Assembly: GCA_963701855.1 (NCBI GenBank)
Contig: CAVPBK010000011.1
Coordinates: forward strand, 32,001-96,000
Source: Nitrospirota bacterium
Lineage (GTDB): Bacteria; Nitrospirota; Nitrospiria; Nitrospirales; Nitrospiraceae
Length of the DNA stretch: 64,000 bases
Reading direction: 5' to 3'
Notes under the pieces: generated by a model
Databases searched by the model: none
Seen by the model: the letters and a program-made list of their open reading frames with translations, nothing else
Told to the model about the DNA's origin: nothing
In this document: piece by piece, positions 1 to 10,406 of the stretch
How the letters are laid out: each line of letters starts with the position of its first letter
Numbering within the stretch: the stretch's first letter is position 1
Program-made: the position numbers and the translations under genes

Positions 1-241
1 CAACGACGTTGCCTGGCGTGGCTCCATAGAGTTCGTGGGCCCTTTGAAGAATTGCGGCCTTGCTGGTCTCATTGGGAAGCGAGCCACGGAGGATCAATGT
101 CCCATACTCCACACGCGCATGAAAGTTGGCAGGGATAGGGGCGCCTAATGCTGTTGATAGGGGAGCGTGGCCTGGAAGGCAGATGGCGGCAAGAATGACA
201 AGTGCAACAATTCCAGCTGCTAAAATCACTGCACTCTTCAT
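1..241 (-). CDS. OmpA/BON-type membrane-anchored protein, 5' part (runs off window); paralog of 2112..2969
   Basis: Not in ORF track. ATG at 241 after AGAGG; reads MKSAVILAAGIVALVILAAICLP...FHARVEYGTLILRGSLPNETSKAAILQRAHELYG, colinear with the N-terminus of the 2112..2969 protein. Confidence 0.85.
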   Translation of the reverse strand, partial: MKSAVILAAGIVALVILAAICLPGHAPLSTALGAPIPANFHARVEYGTLILRGSLPNETSKAAILQRAHELYGATPGNVV

Positions 242-786
242 GGCTGCCTCTTGGACCAACAGGCTCCTACATGTCTCAGTAAAACCTACCAGAAAAGTGA
301 AAAAATGGTGGCAGGAGCCACCCTTACCAAAAATAACTTTCTATATCTAAGTCTGGGACAGGGTGTGGTCTGAATGCCTGGTCTGAACTCATGCCCTTCG
401 CGGCAACGCTGTCTTCTAAGGACGTTCTGGTTGGGTTTTCGCAGAAACTGCACGGCCAGAATGTATCGATCCTAAACAAGGATATATTGTCATAACTTTC
501 ATATGGTTAGGTGAAAAATGCTCTGGTTGCATCCTGTCTCGGGAGGCAGGGGTCTGAAACCATTCTCTGAGTGAATGATCTGAATTGACTTGGGCCTATG
601 CCGTAACCATTTAGAAGATGCCTAGGATTTGAGTTTGCCTGGAATCAAGCTGAGGCCGCGATGGCGTTGTCTAAGAGGTTTTTCCCTGGGTAGTCAGAAA
701 GGACGGTTTCGGAAGGCGCTGGAATGACCACCGATGCTTGCGAATGACGCCTCACGAGAAATGCGCCACGATGGGAGTGAGCCGCG

Positions 787-2115
787 TCAGAGTTGTTGGC
801 CGTACTTCTGCTCATGGAGCTTTTTAGCTTCGGCAATCCACTTGTCCCTCTTGATCCGCTCGGGAGCGGTGTATAACTTCTTCGCGACCTTGTTGATATC
901 CTCCGGCGTCCAACGTGCAATCTGATCAAAGCTGTACAAGCCCATTTTGTATAGGGTCCGCGCAAAGGCGGGACCGATCCCATGAATCTTACTCAGGTCG
1001 TCTTTTGGTCTGTCTTGTACCGCTTTCGCCTGTTCCATCTCCAGGCTCAGTTGACTTCCACTCTGACGGGTTTTTTGTCGAGGAGGCACAACCCCTCCAT
1101 CGGTCTTGATGCGGAGTGCGGCCCGCACTTCGACCAAGCGTTTTCGGAGGCGGTCGATCTCCTCCTGCTTGTCTTCCACCGTCTTCATCTGATCCGCCAG
1201 GCCTTGCTGTTGCGATTCGAGTTCTTGAATCCGGTGCTGCAGGATGTCGATCTGTTCGGCCTGGTCATGGAGGAGTTGTTTATCAAGCAAGCGCTGGGCT
1301 CGGAGTTGTTCTTGCGCTGCGAGCCGTTGATGTAATATGGCGATCTGCGCTTCGTGTTGATTGAGGGTATGAGCGTATTTCGTTTCCCACTGTGCCAGTG
1401 CCGTCTGCTGCTCTTGAAGCCGTTGGATGAGCGGCTCCTGTTCGTCAATGCGCCGGTCTCGTTCGGCCAATTGGTTATTGAGTTGGTGTAGCGCAGCTCG
1501 ATGCTCGGCGTCTCGATCGCTGAGTTGCACTTCCAACCAATGGACCCGTCCTTGGGCCGGTTCGAGTTCCTCCACGCGCGCGCGTAGCCGATCGGCTTCT
1601 GCGATGGCGGCATCCAACTCGACGACGCGGTGCTGAAGATCGCGCTGTTCTTGCTCGTTCGACTCGAGTGTCTGTTGCGCCTCCTGGCGTGCGAGCTGGA
1701 GTTGCAGGGCCACTTCCGACTGCGCGGCCGCCGCCGCATCATATTCACTCGCGCGCCGTCGAACCGAGGCTTCTTCCGCTTCCAGGATCGTCAGCCGTTG
1801 CGTGCGAATGGCCAATTCTTCTTGAAGAGCCTGGAGGCGGTCGTTTCGTGCAGAGAGTTCCTGCCGGATAGATTGGTTAAGCTCTTCCGATTCGACAATC
1901 TTGCTTTCGAGCATCTGCATCGCAGCGGTTTGAGTATTCAGCTCAAACTGCGCCTTCCCCAGCGTTTGTTCTTTGAGGCGCAAGGTAGCGGTGACGTCCA
2001 TGAGCTGCTGCGTGAGTGGGCTGGCGGATACGTTTCTCAGCAGCCATCCGACTGCGCCGCCGATTCCGGCTGCGACAATGAGACATCCCAGCATTTGGCC
2101 AATGAGCGTGATCAT
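787..2115 (-). CDS. Membrane-anchored coiled-coil protein with C-terminal helix-hairpin-helix domain
   Basis: N-terminal TM segment, long Q/E/L coiled coil, C-terminal DDLSKIHGIGP...IARWT...RIKRDKW motif; ATGA overlap with upstream OmpA gene. Confidence 0.75.
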   Translation of the reverse strand: MITLIGQMLGCLIVAAGIGGAVGWLLRNVSASPLTQQLMDVTATLRLKEQTLGKAQFELNTQTAAMQMLESKIVESEELNQSIRQELSARNDRLQALQEELAIRTQRLTILEAEEASVRRRASEYDAAAAAQSEVALQLQLARQEAQQTLESNEQEQRDLQHRVVELDAAIAEADRLRARVEELEPAQGRVHWLEVQLSDRDAEHRAALHQLNNQLAERDRRIDEQEPLIQRLQEQQTALAQWETKYAHTLNQHEAQIAILHQRLAAQEQLRAQRLLDKQLLHDQAEQIDILQHRIQELESQQQGLADQMKTVEDKQEEIDRLRKRLVEVRAALRIKTDGGVVPPRQKTRQSGSQLSLEMEQAKAVQDRPKDDLSKIHGIGPAFARTLYKMGLYSFDQIARWTPEDINKVAKKLYTAPERIKRDKWIAEAKKLHEQKYGQQL

Positions 2116-2969
2116 AGGTCGGTTTTTCCTTTCACTCGTAGTTCGATGCGTCGGTTGTGTTGGAATCCGGCCCGCGTCTGTGCCACCGATAGTGGTCGCG
2201 AGGCGCCATAGCCAACGGCGGTGAACTGGTTGGTCAGGCCATGGCTGGTGAAGTATTGCCGCACAGCTTCAGCACGGCGGCGGCTCAGTTGAAGGTTATA
2301 GTCCGCTTCGCCGTATTTGTCCGTATGACCGCCGATCTCAATGGCCATGTGAGGGGCATAACGTAATTGGGCGATCAGTTGCTCCAGTGTGGCGCGACTG
2401 CGGGGAGTCATCGTAGTGGCGTTGGAATCGAATTCGATGGAGGAATGCGAAAGAATCTCATTTAACTTCTTCTGTAGCGAGGGGGAAGAAATCGCAAGCT
2501 GAGCTGCGCGAATATGATCTTCTAGTTCGAGTCCGGTCTGCAGCAGAGGGGCGATATCTCGTAGCACCGTGGCTTTGGCACGATCGCTGTCGACCAGGCC
2601 ACTGAGAACGATCGTGCGCCCATCGATGATGATGGAGCCGCGTTCCCTCATGTGCCCTAAAATGGGAAGAACTTGGGGAATATTGCCGGTCCAGGCGGCA
2701 GATCCCACTCTAGGATCTACAGCCAACTCATCGACGACGTGGCCTGGCGCTTTTCCATAAAGCTCTTGGGCTCGCTGAAGAATTGCGGCTTTGCTGATTT
2801 CACTGGGAAGTGAGCCACGGAGGGTCAGCGTCCCCTGTTCTAAACGCGCATGAAAGGAGGCAGGAGTGAGGGCGCCTGATGCTGTCGATGTCGGAAGATG
2901 GCGTGGAATGCAAACCACGGCAAGAAGAGTAAGTGCGACAGCGCCTGCGCCTAGAATCGCTCTGCGCAT
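2112..2969 (-). CDS. OmpA family peptidoglycan-binding protein with BON-like N-terminal region
   Basis: IEF...IEIGGHTD...NLQLSRRRAEAV...GYGASRP...NRRIE OmpA-C motifs; likely start MRRAILG at 2969. Confidence 0.9.
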   Translation of the reverse strand: MRRAILGAGAVALTLLAVVCIPRHLPTSTASGALTPASFHARLEQGTLTLRGSLPSEISKAAILQRAQELYGKAPGHVVDELAVDPRVGSAAWTGNIPQVLPILGHMRERGSIIIDGRTIVLSGLVDSDRAKATVLRDIAPLLQTGLELEDHIRAAQLAISSPSLQKKLNEILSHSSIEFDSNATTMTPRSRATLEQLIAQLRYAPHMAIEIGGHTDKYGEADYNLQLSRRRAEAVRQYFTSHGLTNQFTAVGYGASRPLSVAQTRAGFQHNRRIELRVKGKTDL

Positions 2970-3175
2970 GATGAACCAATTCTCGGAGGAAGGTGGCTGA
3001 TCGGCCACTGACCCTACCATACTGCGCAGGCTCATACCAGACAGGATTTGTGGGTTATCTAGGCAGTGCCGGAAGACTCCACATCCCTCTTGTAAGGCAT
3101 GTATTCATTTGCTATTCTTCGCCGCACCTTCCAGCTTACATAATATCAATCGATAGTTTTCCAAGGAGCACACCC

Positions 3176-4729
3176 ATGGTCGGCATCAAGCGGGCATTAA
3201 TCAGCGTGTCAGAGAAAACCGGCGTTGTGGAGATGGCGAAAGGGCTTGAGGCTCTGGGCGCCGAGATCCTTTCGACCGGAGGTACGGCGAAAACCTTGCG
3301 AGAGGCCGGTGTGAAGGTGACCGATGTCGCAGCCTACACTGGCTCACCGGAAATTCTGGACGGTCGAGTCAAGACACTGCATCCCAAGATTCATGGCGGC
3401 TTGCTTGGACGTCGTTCGGTGCCTGCGCATGTCGAGCAGATGAAGCAGCAGGGGATCGGACCCATCGACGTGGTCGTGGTCAATCTCTACCCCTTCGAGG
3501 CAACGATTGCGAAGCCCCATTGTCCCTTCGAAGAGGCCATTGAAAATATCGATATCGGCGGGCCGTCGATGCTGCGTTCCGCAGCCAAAAACCACGAAGA
3601 TGTCTTAGTGGTCGTAGACCCAACCGATTATCAGCGCGTGCTCGATGCAACAAAGGCAGGGACGGTGTCGCGTGAGTTGCGTCGTGAGTTGGCGATGAAG
3701 GTCTTTCAACATACGGCGCGCTACGACAGTTTGATTGCCGGGTATCTTGAACAGCAGGTGCAGAGCAACGATGCCAAGTTCCCGAAAATATTGTCTTTGC
3801 AGTACGAACGGGCGGAGATACTCCGCTATGGAGAGAATCCTCATCAGCAAGGAGCCTTCTATCGAGAGCTGCATTCGACCGAGCCATCGGTGTCCCGTGG
3901 AAAGATCCTGCACGGCAAGGCGATGTCGTATAACAATTTTCTCGACGCCAATTCGGCGCTCGAGCTGGCGAAAGAGTACGACGAGATTGCCGTAGCCATT
4001 ATCAAGCACAACAATCCCTGCGGTGTGGCATTGGGTGCGACGCCTGTCGAGGCCTATATGAAGGCTCGAGAGACTGACCCCATCTCGGCATTTGGTGGTG
4101 TGATTGCATTCAATCGACCCGTGGATTTGGCCGCGGCGAAGGAAATTACCTCCACCTTTGTTGAAGTGGTGATTGCGCCGGGGTTTGCAGACGATGCCCT
4201 TGCAGAGTTGAAGCGCAAGAAGGATCTGCGGTTGCTCGACGTCGGGCCGCTCACGAAGGTAAAACAAGAGGGCTTCGATCTCAAGAAATTGGTCGGCGGT
4301 TTGATTGTGCAGGACCGGGATCTCGGTACGTTAACCGACCTGAGGGCACTTAACGTACCGACCATGCGCAAACCCACGGACGAGGAGTACGCGGCCTGTG
4401 CTTTTGCTTGGAAGGTCTGCAAACATGTGAAGTCGAATGCGATAATCTATGCGAAGCCGGGGCAGACCGTGGGTATCGGCGCCGGCCAGATGAGCCGGGT
4501 CGATTCCGTAAAGCTTGCGGCGATGAAAGCCCAGATGCCGATCAAGGGATGTGTGATGGCATCGGATGCGTTTTTTCCGTTCCGGGACGGATTGGATGCC
4601 GCCATTCAGGCTGGAATCACCACGGTCATTCAACCGGGCGGTTCGATTCGCGATGCCGAAATTATCAAAGCCGCAGATGAACAAGGCGTGGCGATGATCT
4701 TAACGGGCATGCGCCACTTCCGCCATTAA
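3176..4729 (+). CDS. purH: Bifunctional AICAR transformylase/IMP cyclohydrolase
   Basis: [59 protein letters not shown] before ATG 3176. Confidence 0.98.
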   Translation: MVGIKRALISVSEKTGVVEMAKGLEALGAEILSTGGTAKTLREAGVKVTDVAAYTGSPEILDGRVKTLHPKIHGGLLGRRSVPAHVEQMKQQGIGPIDVVVVNLYPFEATIAKPHCPFEEAIENIDIGGPSMLRSAAKNHEDVLVVVDPTDYQRVLDATKAGTVSRELRRELAMKVFQHTARYDSLIAGYLEQQVQSNDAKFPKILSLQYERAEILRYGENPHQQGAFYRELHSTEPSVSRGKILHGKAMSYNNFLDANSALELAKEYDEIAVAIIKHNNPCGVALGATPVEAYMKARETDPISAFGGVIAFNRPVDLAAAKEITSTFVEVVIAPGFADDALAELKRKKDLRLLDVGPLTKVKQEGFDLKKLVGGLIVQDRDLGTLTDLRALNVPTMRKPTDEEYAACAFAWKVCKHVKSNAIIYAKPGQTVGIGAGQMSRVDSVKLAAMKAQMPIKGCVMASDAFFPFRDGLDAAIQAGITTVIQPGGSIRDAEIIKAADEQGVAMILTGMRHFRH

Positions 4730-4730
4730 C

Positions 4731-4888
4731 GGTTGTTGAAACGACTCTCCAGTGTTGCTCCCGGCTCGGCAAAATCCTCAACGCAGCCCATCGGGAAGGA
4801 GCTGCTCTGCAGCTCGGAGCGGGCGGGTGAGAAGGTTACGCCTTCGTTCGCCTGCGGTCATACGGGAAAGCCGTTTGAACATTCTCCG
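4731..4888. repeat. Intergenic palindromic REP/MITE-like element
   Basis: Imperfectly complementary ends (GGTTGTTGAAACG...CGTTTGAACATTC) in a ~190-bp gap between co-oriented purH and purD. Confidence 0.45.
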
Positions 4889-4917
4889 AGGAAAGACCTC
4901 AAACTGAAGGCTAACCT

Positions 4918-6192
4918 GTGAAAATCCTAATTGTTGGCTCCGGAGGACGCGAGCATGCCATGGTATGGAAGCTTGCGCAAAGCCCCCGCAAGCCGATGCT
5001 GTATTGTGCTCCGGGTAATGCCGGGGTCGAGTCGCTCGCGACCTGTGTTCCTATCAAAGCCGACGATGTTGCCAGGCTGAAAGCTTTCGTACAGTCGGAG
5101 AAGATCGATCTGACGGTCGTGGGGCCGGAAGCTCCGCTGGCATTGGGCATTGTCGACGAGTTTCGAAAATCGGAGCTCAAAATATTTGGGCCGACGAAGG
5201 GCGCCGCACGCATCGAAGCCAGCAAGGTCTTTTCTAAAGAGATCATGAGCCGTGCGAACATTCTCACGGCGAAGGCGCAAAGTTTTGACCGAGTTGCCCC
5301 AGCCTTGGCCTATCTCGATCTGCATGAGATTCCCGTAGTCGTGAAGGCTGATGGACTGGCGCAGGGAAAGGGTGTGGTGGTCGCGACAACTCATGCGGAG
5401 GCGATGCAGGCCGTCCGCGATTCGATGGAGCATGCGGTGTTCGGTCAGGCCGGTCAGCGCGTGTTAATTGAACAGTTTTTAGACGGCGAGGAATTGACGA
5501 TCATGGCCTTCACGGATGGCCGGACGGTGGTGCCGATGCTGCCTGCACAAGATCATAAACGAGTCGGGGATGGCGATACAGGACCCAACACCGGAGGCAT
5601 GGGGGCCTATTGTCCCGCGCCGCTTGGCACCAAGGCGCTGCGCGAGCAGGTCACTCGGCAGGTTCTCTATCCCGCCATCGAAGCCCTGTCACGTATGGGT
5701 TGTCCGTTTCAGGGCGTCCTGTATGCCGGCCTTATGGTTGTGAAAGGGGCACCGTACGTCTTGGAGTTCAACGCCCGCATGGGAGATCCGGAAACGCAGG
5801 TCGTGCTCCCGTTGCTCAAGACCGATTTGTTGGAGGTGATCGAGGCTGTGGTCGAACATCGGCTCGATCAACTTACCGTGGACTGGCATGAAGAAACCGC
5901 TGTCTGTGTCGTCATGACGTCGGGAGGCTATCCCGGAGCCTATCAGACCGGTCGCGCAATTCACGGATTGCCGGCCATGACCGATGCGGCGACCGTGGTG
6001 TTTCATGCGGGCACGACACGAACTGGTACAGAGGTGGTAACAGCCGGGGGTCGGGTGTTGGGCATTATGGGACGCGGAAAGACCCTGGAAGTCGCGCAGG
6101 CGAACGCCTATCGTACGACTCAGTCGATTGCATTTCAAGGCGCTCACTATCGGACAGATATTGCGCATCGGGCATTCTCACGCCACGTGTAG
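4918..6192 (+). CDS. purD: Phosphoribosylamine-glycine ligase
   Basis: GSGGREHA, APGNAG, VGPEAPL, KADGLAQGKGV, QDHKR, GPNTGGMGAY, EFNARMGDPE. Confidence 0.98.
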   Translation: MKILIVGSGGREHAMVWKLAQSPRKPMLYCAPGNAGVESLATCVPIKADDVARLKAFVQSEKIDLTVVGPEAPLALGIVDEFRKSELKIFGPTKGAARIEASKVFSKEIMSRANILTAKAQSFDRVAPALAYLDLHEIPVVVKADGLAQGKGVVVATTHAEAMQAVRDSMEHAVFGQAGQRVLIEQFLDGEELTIMAFTDGRTVVPMLPAQDHKRVGDGDTGPNTGGMGAYCPAPLGTKALREQVTRQVLYPAIEALSRMGCPFQGVLYAGLMVVKGAPYVLEFNARMGDPETQVVLPLLKTDLLEVIEAVVEHRLDQLTVDWHEETAVCVVMTSGGYPGAYQTGRAIHGLPAMTDAATVVFHAGTTRTGTEVVTAGGRVLGIMGRGKTLEVAQANAYRTTQSIAFQGAHYRTDIAHRAFSRHV

Positions 6193-6207
6193 CACTGAAG
6201 GGGGCGG

Positions 6208-6876
6208 ATGATTCCTGCTATGGCATTGATCGAGCGCTATATGGCGCCCACCATCCCGGCGCTTGCTGATCTGGTGCGTCGTGTGCTCCGAGAAAACGGG
6301 TTGATCGCCCTGCCGACAGAAAGTTCCTATGGGCTTGCCGTGGCTCCATTCGAAGAGCAGGCACTCGCCAGATTATGGCAGGTCAAAGAGCGGTCGGAGG
6401 GGAAACCGATTCTCATACTGATTGGAGACGAATGTCAGTTGGGGCCGTTCGTTCAAAGCATTCCCCATGCAGCACACGTACTCATGAATGCATTCTGGCC
6501 CGGACCCCTTACCATCGTGTTTCCTGCAGCGGTTGGACTTTCCGACGCGGTGACTGCTAGGACTGGCTCAGTCGGCATCCGTCTCAGCGCCTGGCAGCCG
6601 CTGCGTGATCTTTTGCTTCGAGTCGGGCCCGTGACCGGCACCAGTGCAAACCGTGAAGGCATGCCGCCGCCAACGACGGCCGAAGAGGTCCAACACAGCC
6701 TCGGCAACGCGCTCGATCTGATCATAGATGCTGGACCGACTCCCGGCGGGAAGCCGTCCACCGTTATCGACGTACGAGGTCCGATCCAAATCATTCGCGA
6801 AGGAGCGATCGAACGAGGCGCCATCGCGGCGCAATTGGCCGCTCATGGTCTGCATTTCGATGCATATAGCCGGTGA
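6208..6876 (+). CDS. tsaC: L-threonylcarbamoyladenylate synthase (Sua5/YrdC family)
   Basis: PTESSYGL, K-R..KP, FWPGPLT, TGTSAN, PSTVID, IREGAI motifs. Confidence 0.9.
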   Translation: MIPAMALIERYMAPTIPALADLVRRVLRENGLIALPTESSYGLAVAPFEEQALARLWQVKERSEGKPILILIGDECQLGPFVQSIPHAAHVLMNAFWPGPLTIVFPAAVGLSDAVTARTGSVGIRLSAWQPLRDLLLRVGPVTGTSANREGMPPPTTAEEVQHSLGNALDLIIDAGPTPGGKPSTVIDVRGPIQIIREGAIERGAIAAQLAAHGLHFDAYSR

Positions 6877-6913
6877 AGTCGATTGTATCGTTTACACTGA
6901 AAGGAGAATACTG

Positions 6914-7333
6914 ATGACTCGAACAGTGATGGTGCGTAACCTTGTCGCGGTGGCGGCCATAACGCTCGTCTCTGTGGGGCTGTCCGGGTGCGATTACTGG
7001 CCCCCGGCGCTCCAAACACAAATTGAACAGCTCCGTTCCGAACTCCAGACTTCGACAATGGAAAAGACTCAGCTACAGAATCAACTCACCTCCATTGCGA
7101 AGGTGAAAGACGATTTGCAGGCGCAAGTGAATGATCTTTCCAAGGCAAATCAAGATAAGTCGACCATGATAGCCAGTTTGCAAAATGGTCTGACGGCAGC
7201 ACAGGGGCGATTGGCGAAGTCGGCGAAAGTTGCAGCGCCGAAGGCCAGCGCAGTCAAGCCGTCCACAAAGGTCACGCAGAAGGCCCCAGCCAAAAAGAAA
7301 ACACCGGCTAAGACTACAACAGGCAAGCGCTAG
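6914..7333 (+). CDS. Putative lipoprotein with coiled coil and Lys/Ala-rich tail
   Basis: AAGGAG RBS before ATG 6914; lipobox LSGC after a hydrophobic stretch. Confidence 0.75.
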   Translation: MTRTVMVRNLVAVAAITLVSVGLSGCDYWPPALQTQIEQLRSELQTSTMEKTQLQNQLTSIAKVKDDLQAQVNDLSKANQDKSTMIASLQNGLTAAQGRLAKSAKVAAPKASAVKPSTKVTQKAPAKKKTPAKTTTGKR

Positions 7334-7344
7334 CACGCCGCTGT

Positions 7345-7734
7345 CTACTTACTGCTGGATGATGATGGTGCGGGCGTCGTTGTGCCTGGGGTCGTGCTCG
7401 GCGGAGTGCTTGCCGGAACCGAGGAGGGAGGAGAAGCTGGAGTAGCGGTGGTGGAGGGAGCTGCGGATGTCGTCTGGCCGGACGTGCTTGGCGCGGTCTC
7501 TTTCTTCTCCCCAGTCGCGGGTTCAGATGCTTCACTCTCTGAGGAAGGCTTCATTTTGTCGGAGTAGTCCGTCACATACCACCCGCTGCCTTTGAACATG
7601 ATGGCGGGCGACGAAATCAGGCGCTGTACGCGCTTCCCACATCGCGGGCAGGCGGTAAGGGGATCGTCCTTCATACTTTGTTTGATTTCAAACTTATCTG
7701 TGCAGCTTTCACACTGGTACTCATAGATAGGCAC
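7345..7734 (-). CDS. FmdB family zinc-ribbon regulatory protein
   Basis: MPIYEYQCESC...CPRCG...FKGSGWYVTDY; low-complexity S/T/P tail. Confidence 0.9.
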   Translation of the reverse strand: MPIYEYQCESCTDKFEIKQSMKDDPLTACPRCGKRVQRLISSPAIMFKGSGWYVTDYSDKMKPSSESEASEPATGEKKETAPSTSGQTTSAAPSTTATPASPPSSVPASTPPSTTPGTTTPAPSSSSSK

Positions 7735-7756
7735 GATTCACTTCCTCCTACTAGCC

Positions 7757-7846
7757 CGGTCTGTTTGGTTGATCTGGTTCGTTGTGTTGATCCGTTGGTC
7801 TTGTCTAACCAAACAAACAAGACTAACCAAATAAACCAAATAACGG
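7757..7846. repeat. Imperfect palindrome of ~9-nt units (TCTGGTYYR / AACCARAYA family)
   Basis: GGTCTGTTTGGTTGATCTGGTT...AACCAAACAAAC..AACCAAATAAACCAAATAAC; relatives at 11550, 13773, 20172, 23240. Confidence 0.65.
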
Positions 7847-7856
7847 TCTGCTTCTG

Positions 7857-9050
7857 TTAGCTAAGCTGCTTGAATGCTGCGTCCAGACGATCCATTCCGC
7901 GAACGATCGTCTCCATGCTGGTCGCATAGGACAGTCGAATATGCTGAGTGCTTCCAAATGGCTCACCGGGAACTACGGCGACCTTGAATTCCTGTAACAA
8001 ATAGTTTGCAAGATCGGTCGGAGTTGTGATTTTTCCACTTGGGCTCTGCTGTCCGAGTAGTCCACTCACATTCGGGAACGCATAAAATGCTCCGGTAGGC
8101 ATTCTGCATCCAACGCCTGGCATCGCATTCAGGCGCTCGACCATGATGCGCCGCCGCCGATCGAACTCCATCACCATCTTTTCCGTAAAGGCGCTACCTT
8201 CGCGCAAGGCCACGACGGCAGCCTTTTGTGAAATAGAACAAGGATTGGACGTACTCTGGCTTTGAATATTTGCCATGGCCGTCAACAGGTCTTTGGGACC
8301 GGCTGCATAGCCGATTCGCCAACCGGTCATCGCATAGGCTTTGGAGACACCGTTGATCACAACCGTACGGGCTGCAACATCCGGCCCTAATGAGGCAATG
8401 CTCGTGTGCGTCGCCCCGTCGTAGAGAATTTTTTCATAAATCTCGTCGGAAATCAGAAGGAGATCCCGACGGAGAGCCAGCTCAGCAAGGCATTCGAGCG
8501 TCCCCCGATCGTAGGTTGCTCCCGTTGGATTGCCGGGGCTATTGATGATAATCGCCTTGGTACGTGTGGTGATGAGCCGCTCCAATTCGTGGGCATCAAT
8601 GGCATACCCGTCTTCTTCACGGGTGGGCAAGAACACCGGCGTAGCGTCATTGAGCAGGATTTGGTCGGCATACGAGACCCAAAAGGGAACAGGAATGATG
8701 ACTTCATCACCGGCTTCAAGGAGAGCTTCGGCAAGGTTATAGAGCGAATGCTTAGCGCCGCATGAGACCAGCACTTGGGATTTTTCGTATCGGAGCCCTT
8801 GCTCTCTTTGAAGTTTGTCGATAATCAATTGGCGCAGTTCATCGATGCCGGATGAGGGAGTGTACTTTGTAAATCCTGCGCGAATTGCAGCTTCTGCGGC
8901 TGCTTTGATCGGTTCGGGGGTATCGAAGTCCGGTTCTCCTGACGAAAAGTCGGCAACGTCGATTCCGCGTGCCGCCATTGCTTTTGCAGTTGCGGCCATG
9001 GCTAAGGTGGGGGAGGGAGCAATTCGCCCCGCTCGTGCAGCCAGCTTCAT
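7857..9050 (-). CDS. aspC: PLP-dependent class I/II aminotransferase (aspartate aminotransferase-like)
   Basis: GEPDFDTP, NSPGNPTG, SDEIY, SKAYAMTGWRIGY. Confidence 0.88.
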   Translation of the reverse strand: MKLAARAGRIAPSPTLAMAATAKAMAARGIDVADFSSGEPDFDTPEPIKAAAEAAIRAGFTKYTPSSGIDELRQLIIDKLQREQGLRYEKSQVLVSCGAKHSLYNLAEALLEAGDEVIIPVPFWVSYADQILLNDATPVFLPTREEDGYAIDAHELERLITTRTKAIIINSPGNPTGATYDRGTLECLAELALRRDLLLISDEIYEKILYDGATHTSIASLGPDVAARTVVINGVSKAYAMTGWRIGYAAGPKDLLTAMANIQSQSTSNPCSISQKAAVVALREGSAFTEKMVMEFDRRRRIMVERLNAMPGVGCRMPTGAFYAFPNVSGLLGQQSPSGKITTPTDLANYLLQEFKVAVVPGEPFGSTQHIRLSYATSMETIVRGMDRLDAAFKQLS

Positions 9051-9535
9051 GTTTTTAAACTCCTGATCCGTTCCTGTAGCTGACGCGCAACCTCGGAGTG
9101 TAGAAATTCCGTGAGCGCTCCGCCGTGGGTAGCCACGTCTTTAATAATGGTTGAGGATAAATAGGAATATTCTTCGCTGGGCATCAGGAACACGGTCTCA
9201 ACTTGTTTGGCCATTTTGCGATTGATGAGGGCCATTTGAAATTCATGTTCGAAGTCCGATATCGCACGCAGGCCACGGATAATCGCATGGGCGCCGTATC
9301 GTTGGACATAGTCCACGAGTAACCCATCGAAGTGGGTCACCTCGACCTGTTTCATCTCCTTCATCACGATCCGGATCATCTCCAGCCGCTCGGTCAGGGT
9401 GAAGAGTGGATGTTTGGATGGATTGGGTGCGACAGCAACGACCACTTTGTCGAACACGCGCAGACTTCTGGTGATGATGTCGGTGTGTCCGTGAGTGATG
9501 GGATCGAAGGTTCCTGGATAGATGCCAATCTTCAT
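9047..9535 (-). CDS. coaD: Phosphopantetheine adenylyltransferase
   Basis: YPGTFDPITHGH, IRGLRAISDFE, LSSTIIK. Confidence 0.97.
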   Translation of the reverse strand: MKIGIYPGTFDPITHGHTDIITRSLRVFDKVVVAVAPNPSKHPLFTLTERLEMIRIVMKEMKQVEVTHFDGLLVDYVQRYGAHAIIRGLRAISDFEHEFQMALINRKMAKQVETVFLMPSEEYSYLSSTIIKDVATHGGALTEFLHSEVARQLQERIRSLKT

Positions 9536-10104
9536 AATGTGATCGACTCTGTGGTAGACACACCGTATAGATAGAGTGCCGTATCGCCATACACGTATCG
9601 CCGCACAAGCTCGGCATGGTCGATCGACGCAGGTAATTCGGTACGCGAGTCTTGTTCGATAATCATGGTGGCATGCTCCGACAACAGTCCCGGCCTCCAG
9701 GCATGGATCAGGATGGCTAACTCATCTAGAGCGACATAGGGCGGATCCGCAAAGAGTATATCGTAGGGGCCGCCCCACCAATCTTTCCGGTCAAGAAAGG
9801 TGGCTGCCTGTCCTATGCGAACCTGCGCTCGGTCAAGCAGCTGACAGGTCCGTAGATTTTCCTGTAACACTTGCAAGACCTTGGGGTTTGACTCGACAAA
9901 GGTGGCGGTTGAGGCTCCACGGCTCAGCGCTTCAATCCCGACGGCTCCCGTGCCTGCATACAAATCAAGAAAATGAGATCCCGACACCTTGCTCCCGAGA
10001 ATCGAAAAAAGTGCCCCTCGAACCTTGTCTGATGTGGGACGCAGCACAGTCCCTTGTGGCCCACTCAAGCGGCGACCTCGGTGGGATCCGGCAATGACAC
10101 GCAT
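9532..10104 (-). CDS. rsmD: 16S rRNA m2G966 methyltransferase
   Basis: MRVIAG, RPTSDKVR, LDLYAGTGAVGIEALSRGA, DPPY; usual rsmD-coaD order. Confidence 0.95.
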   Translation of the reverse strand: MRVIAGSHRGRRLSGPQGTVLRPTSDKVRGALFSILGSKVSGSHFLDLYAGTGAVGIEALSRGASTATFVESNPKVLQVLQENLRTCQLLDRAQVRIGQAATFLDRKDWWGGPYDILFADPPYVALDELAILIHAWRPGLLSEHATMIIEQDSRTELPASIDHAELVRRYVYGDTALYLYGVSTTESITL

Positions 10105-10255
10105 AGGTTACGGTGAGAGATACCTCTGGAGCACCTGACTCTAACACAGCGTTTTTGAAGGGGTCAAGATAAGTGCGGCTGAAGCAAGGTGTGAAACTCT
10201 GATGTCGAGACGACATGGGAGAGGGAAAGGTTAGAACGAGGGCAATGGAAGTATT

Positions 10256-10284
10256 TTGACGACCTTGGAGGCTGTGGCTATAAT
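10256..10284 (+). promoter_or_regulatory. Near-consensus sigma-70 promoter with no adjacent sense ORF
   Basis: TTGACG-N17-TATAAT. Confidence 0.6.
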
Positions 10285-10290
10285 GCCGTT

Positions 10291-10400
10291 GGGAGATTTG
10301 GCAGCGTAAGACGTGAACGAGGGGGGATCAGTGCAAGAATGTCGGCCATCCGTGGCGATCGAGAGGGTCGACCAGTATTCAGTATAGAGACAAATCTCAA
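10291..10400 (+). ncRNA. Candidate ~110-nt structured small RNA
   Basis: Starts at the expected +1 of the promoter; terminal helix GAGATTTG/CAAATCTC, inner GAAT/ATTC and GTCGGCC/GGTCGAC pairings; family not recognised. Confidence 0.3.
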
Positions 10401-10406
10401 TTGTTC

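Noticed and set aside
10291..10400. SRP, 6S or tRNA identity for the candidate RNA
   Set aside because: No SRP helix-8 motif, too short for a typical 6S, no cloverleaf
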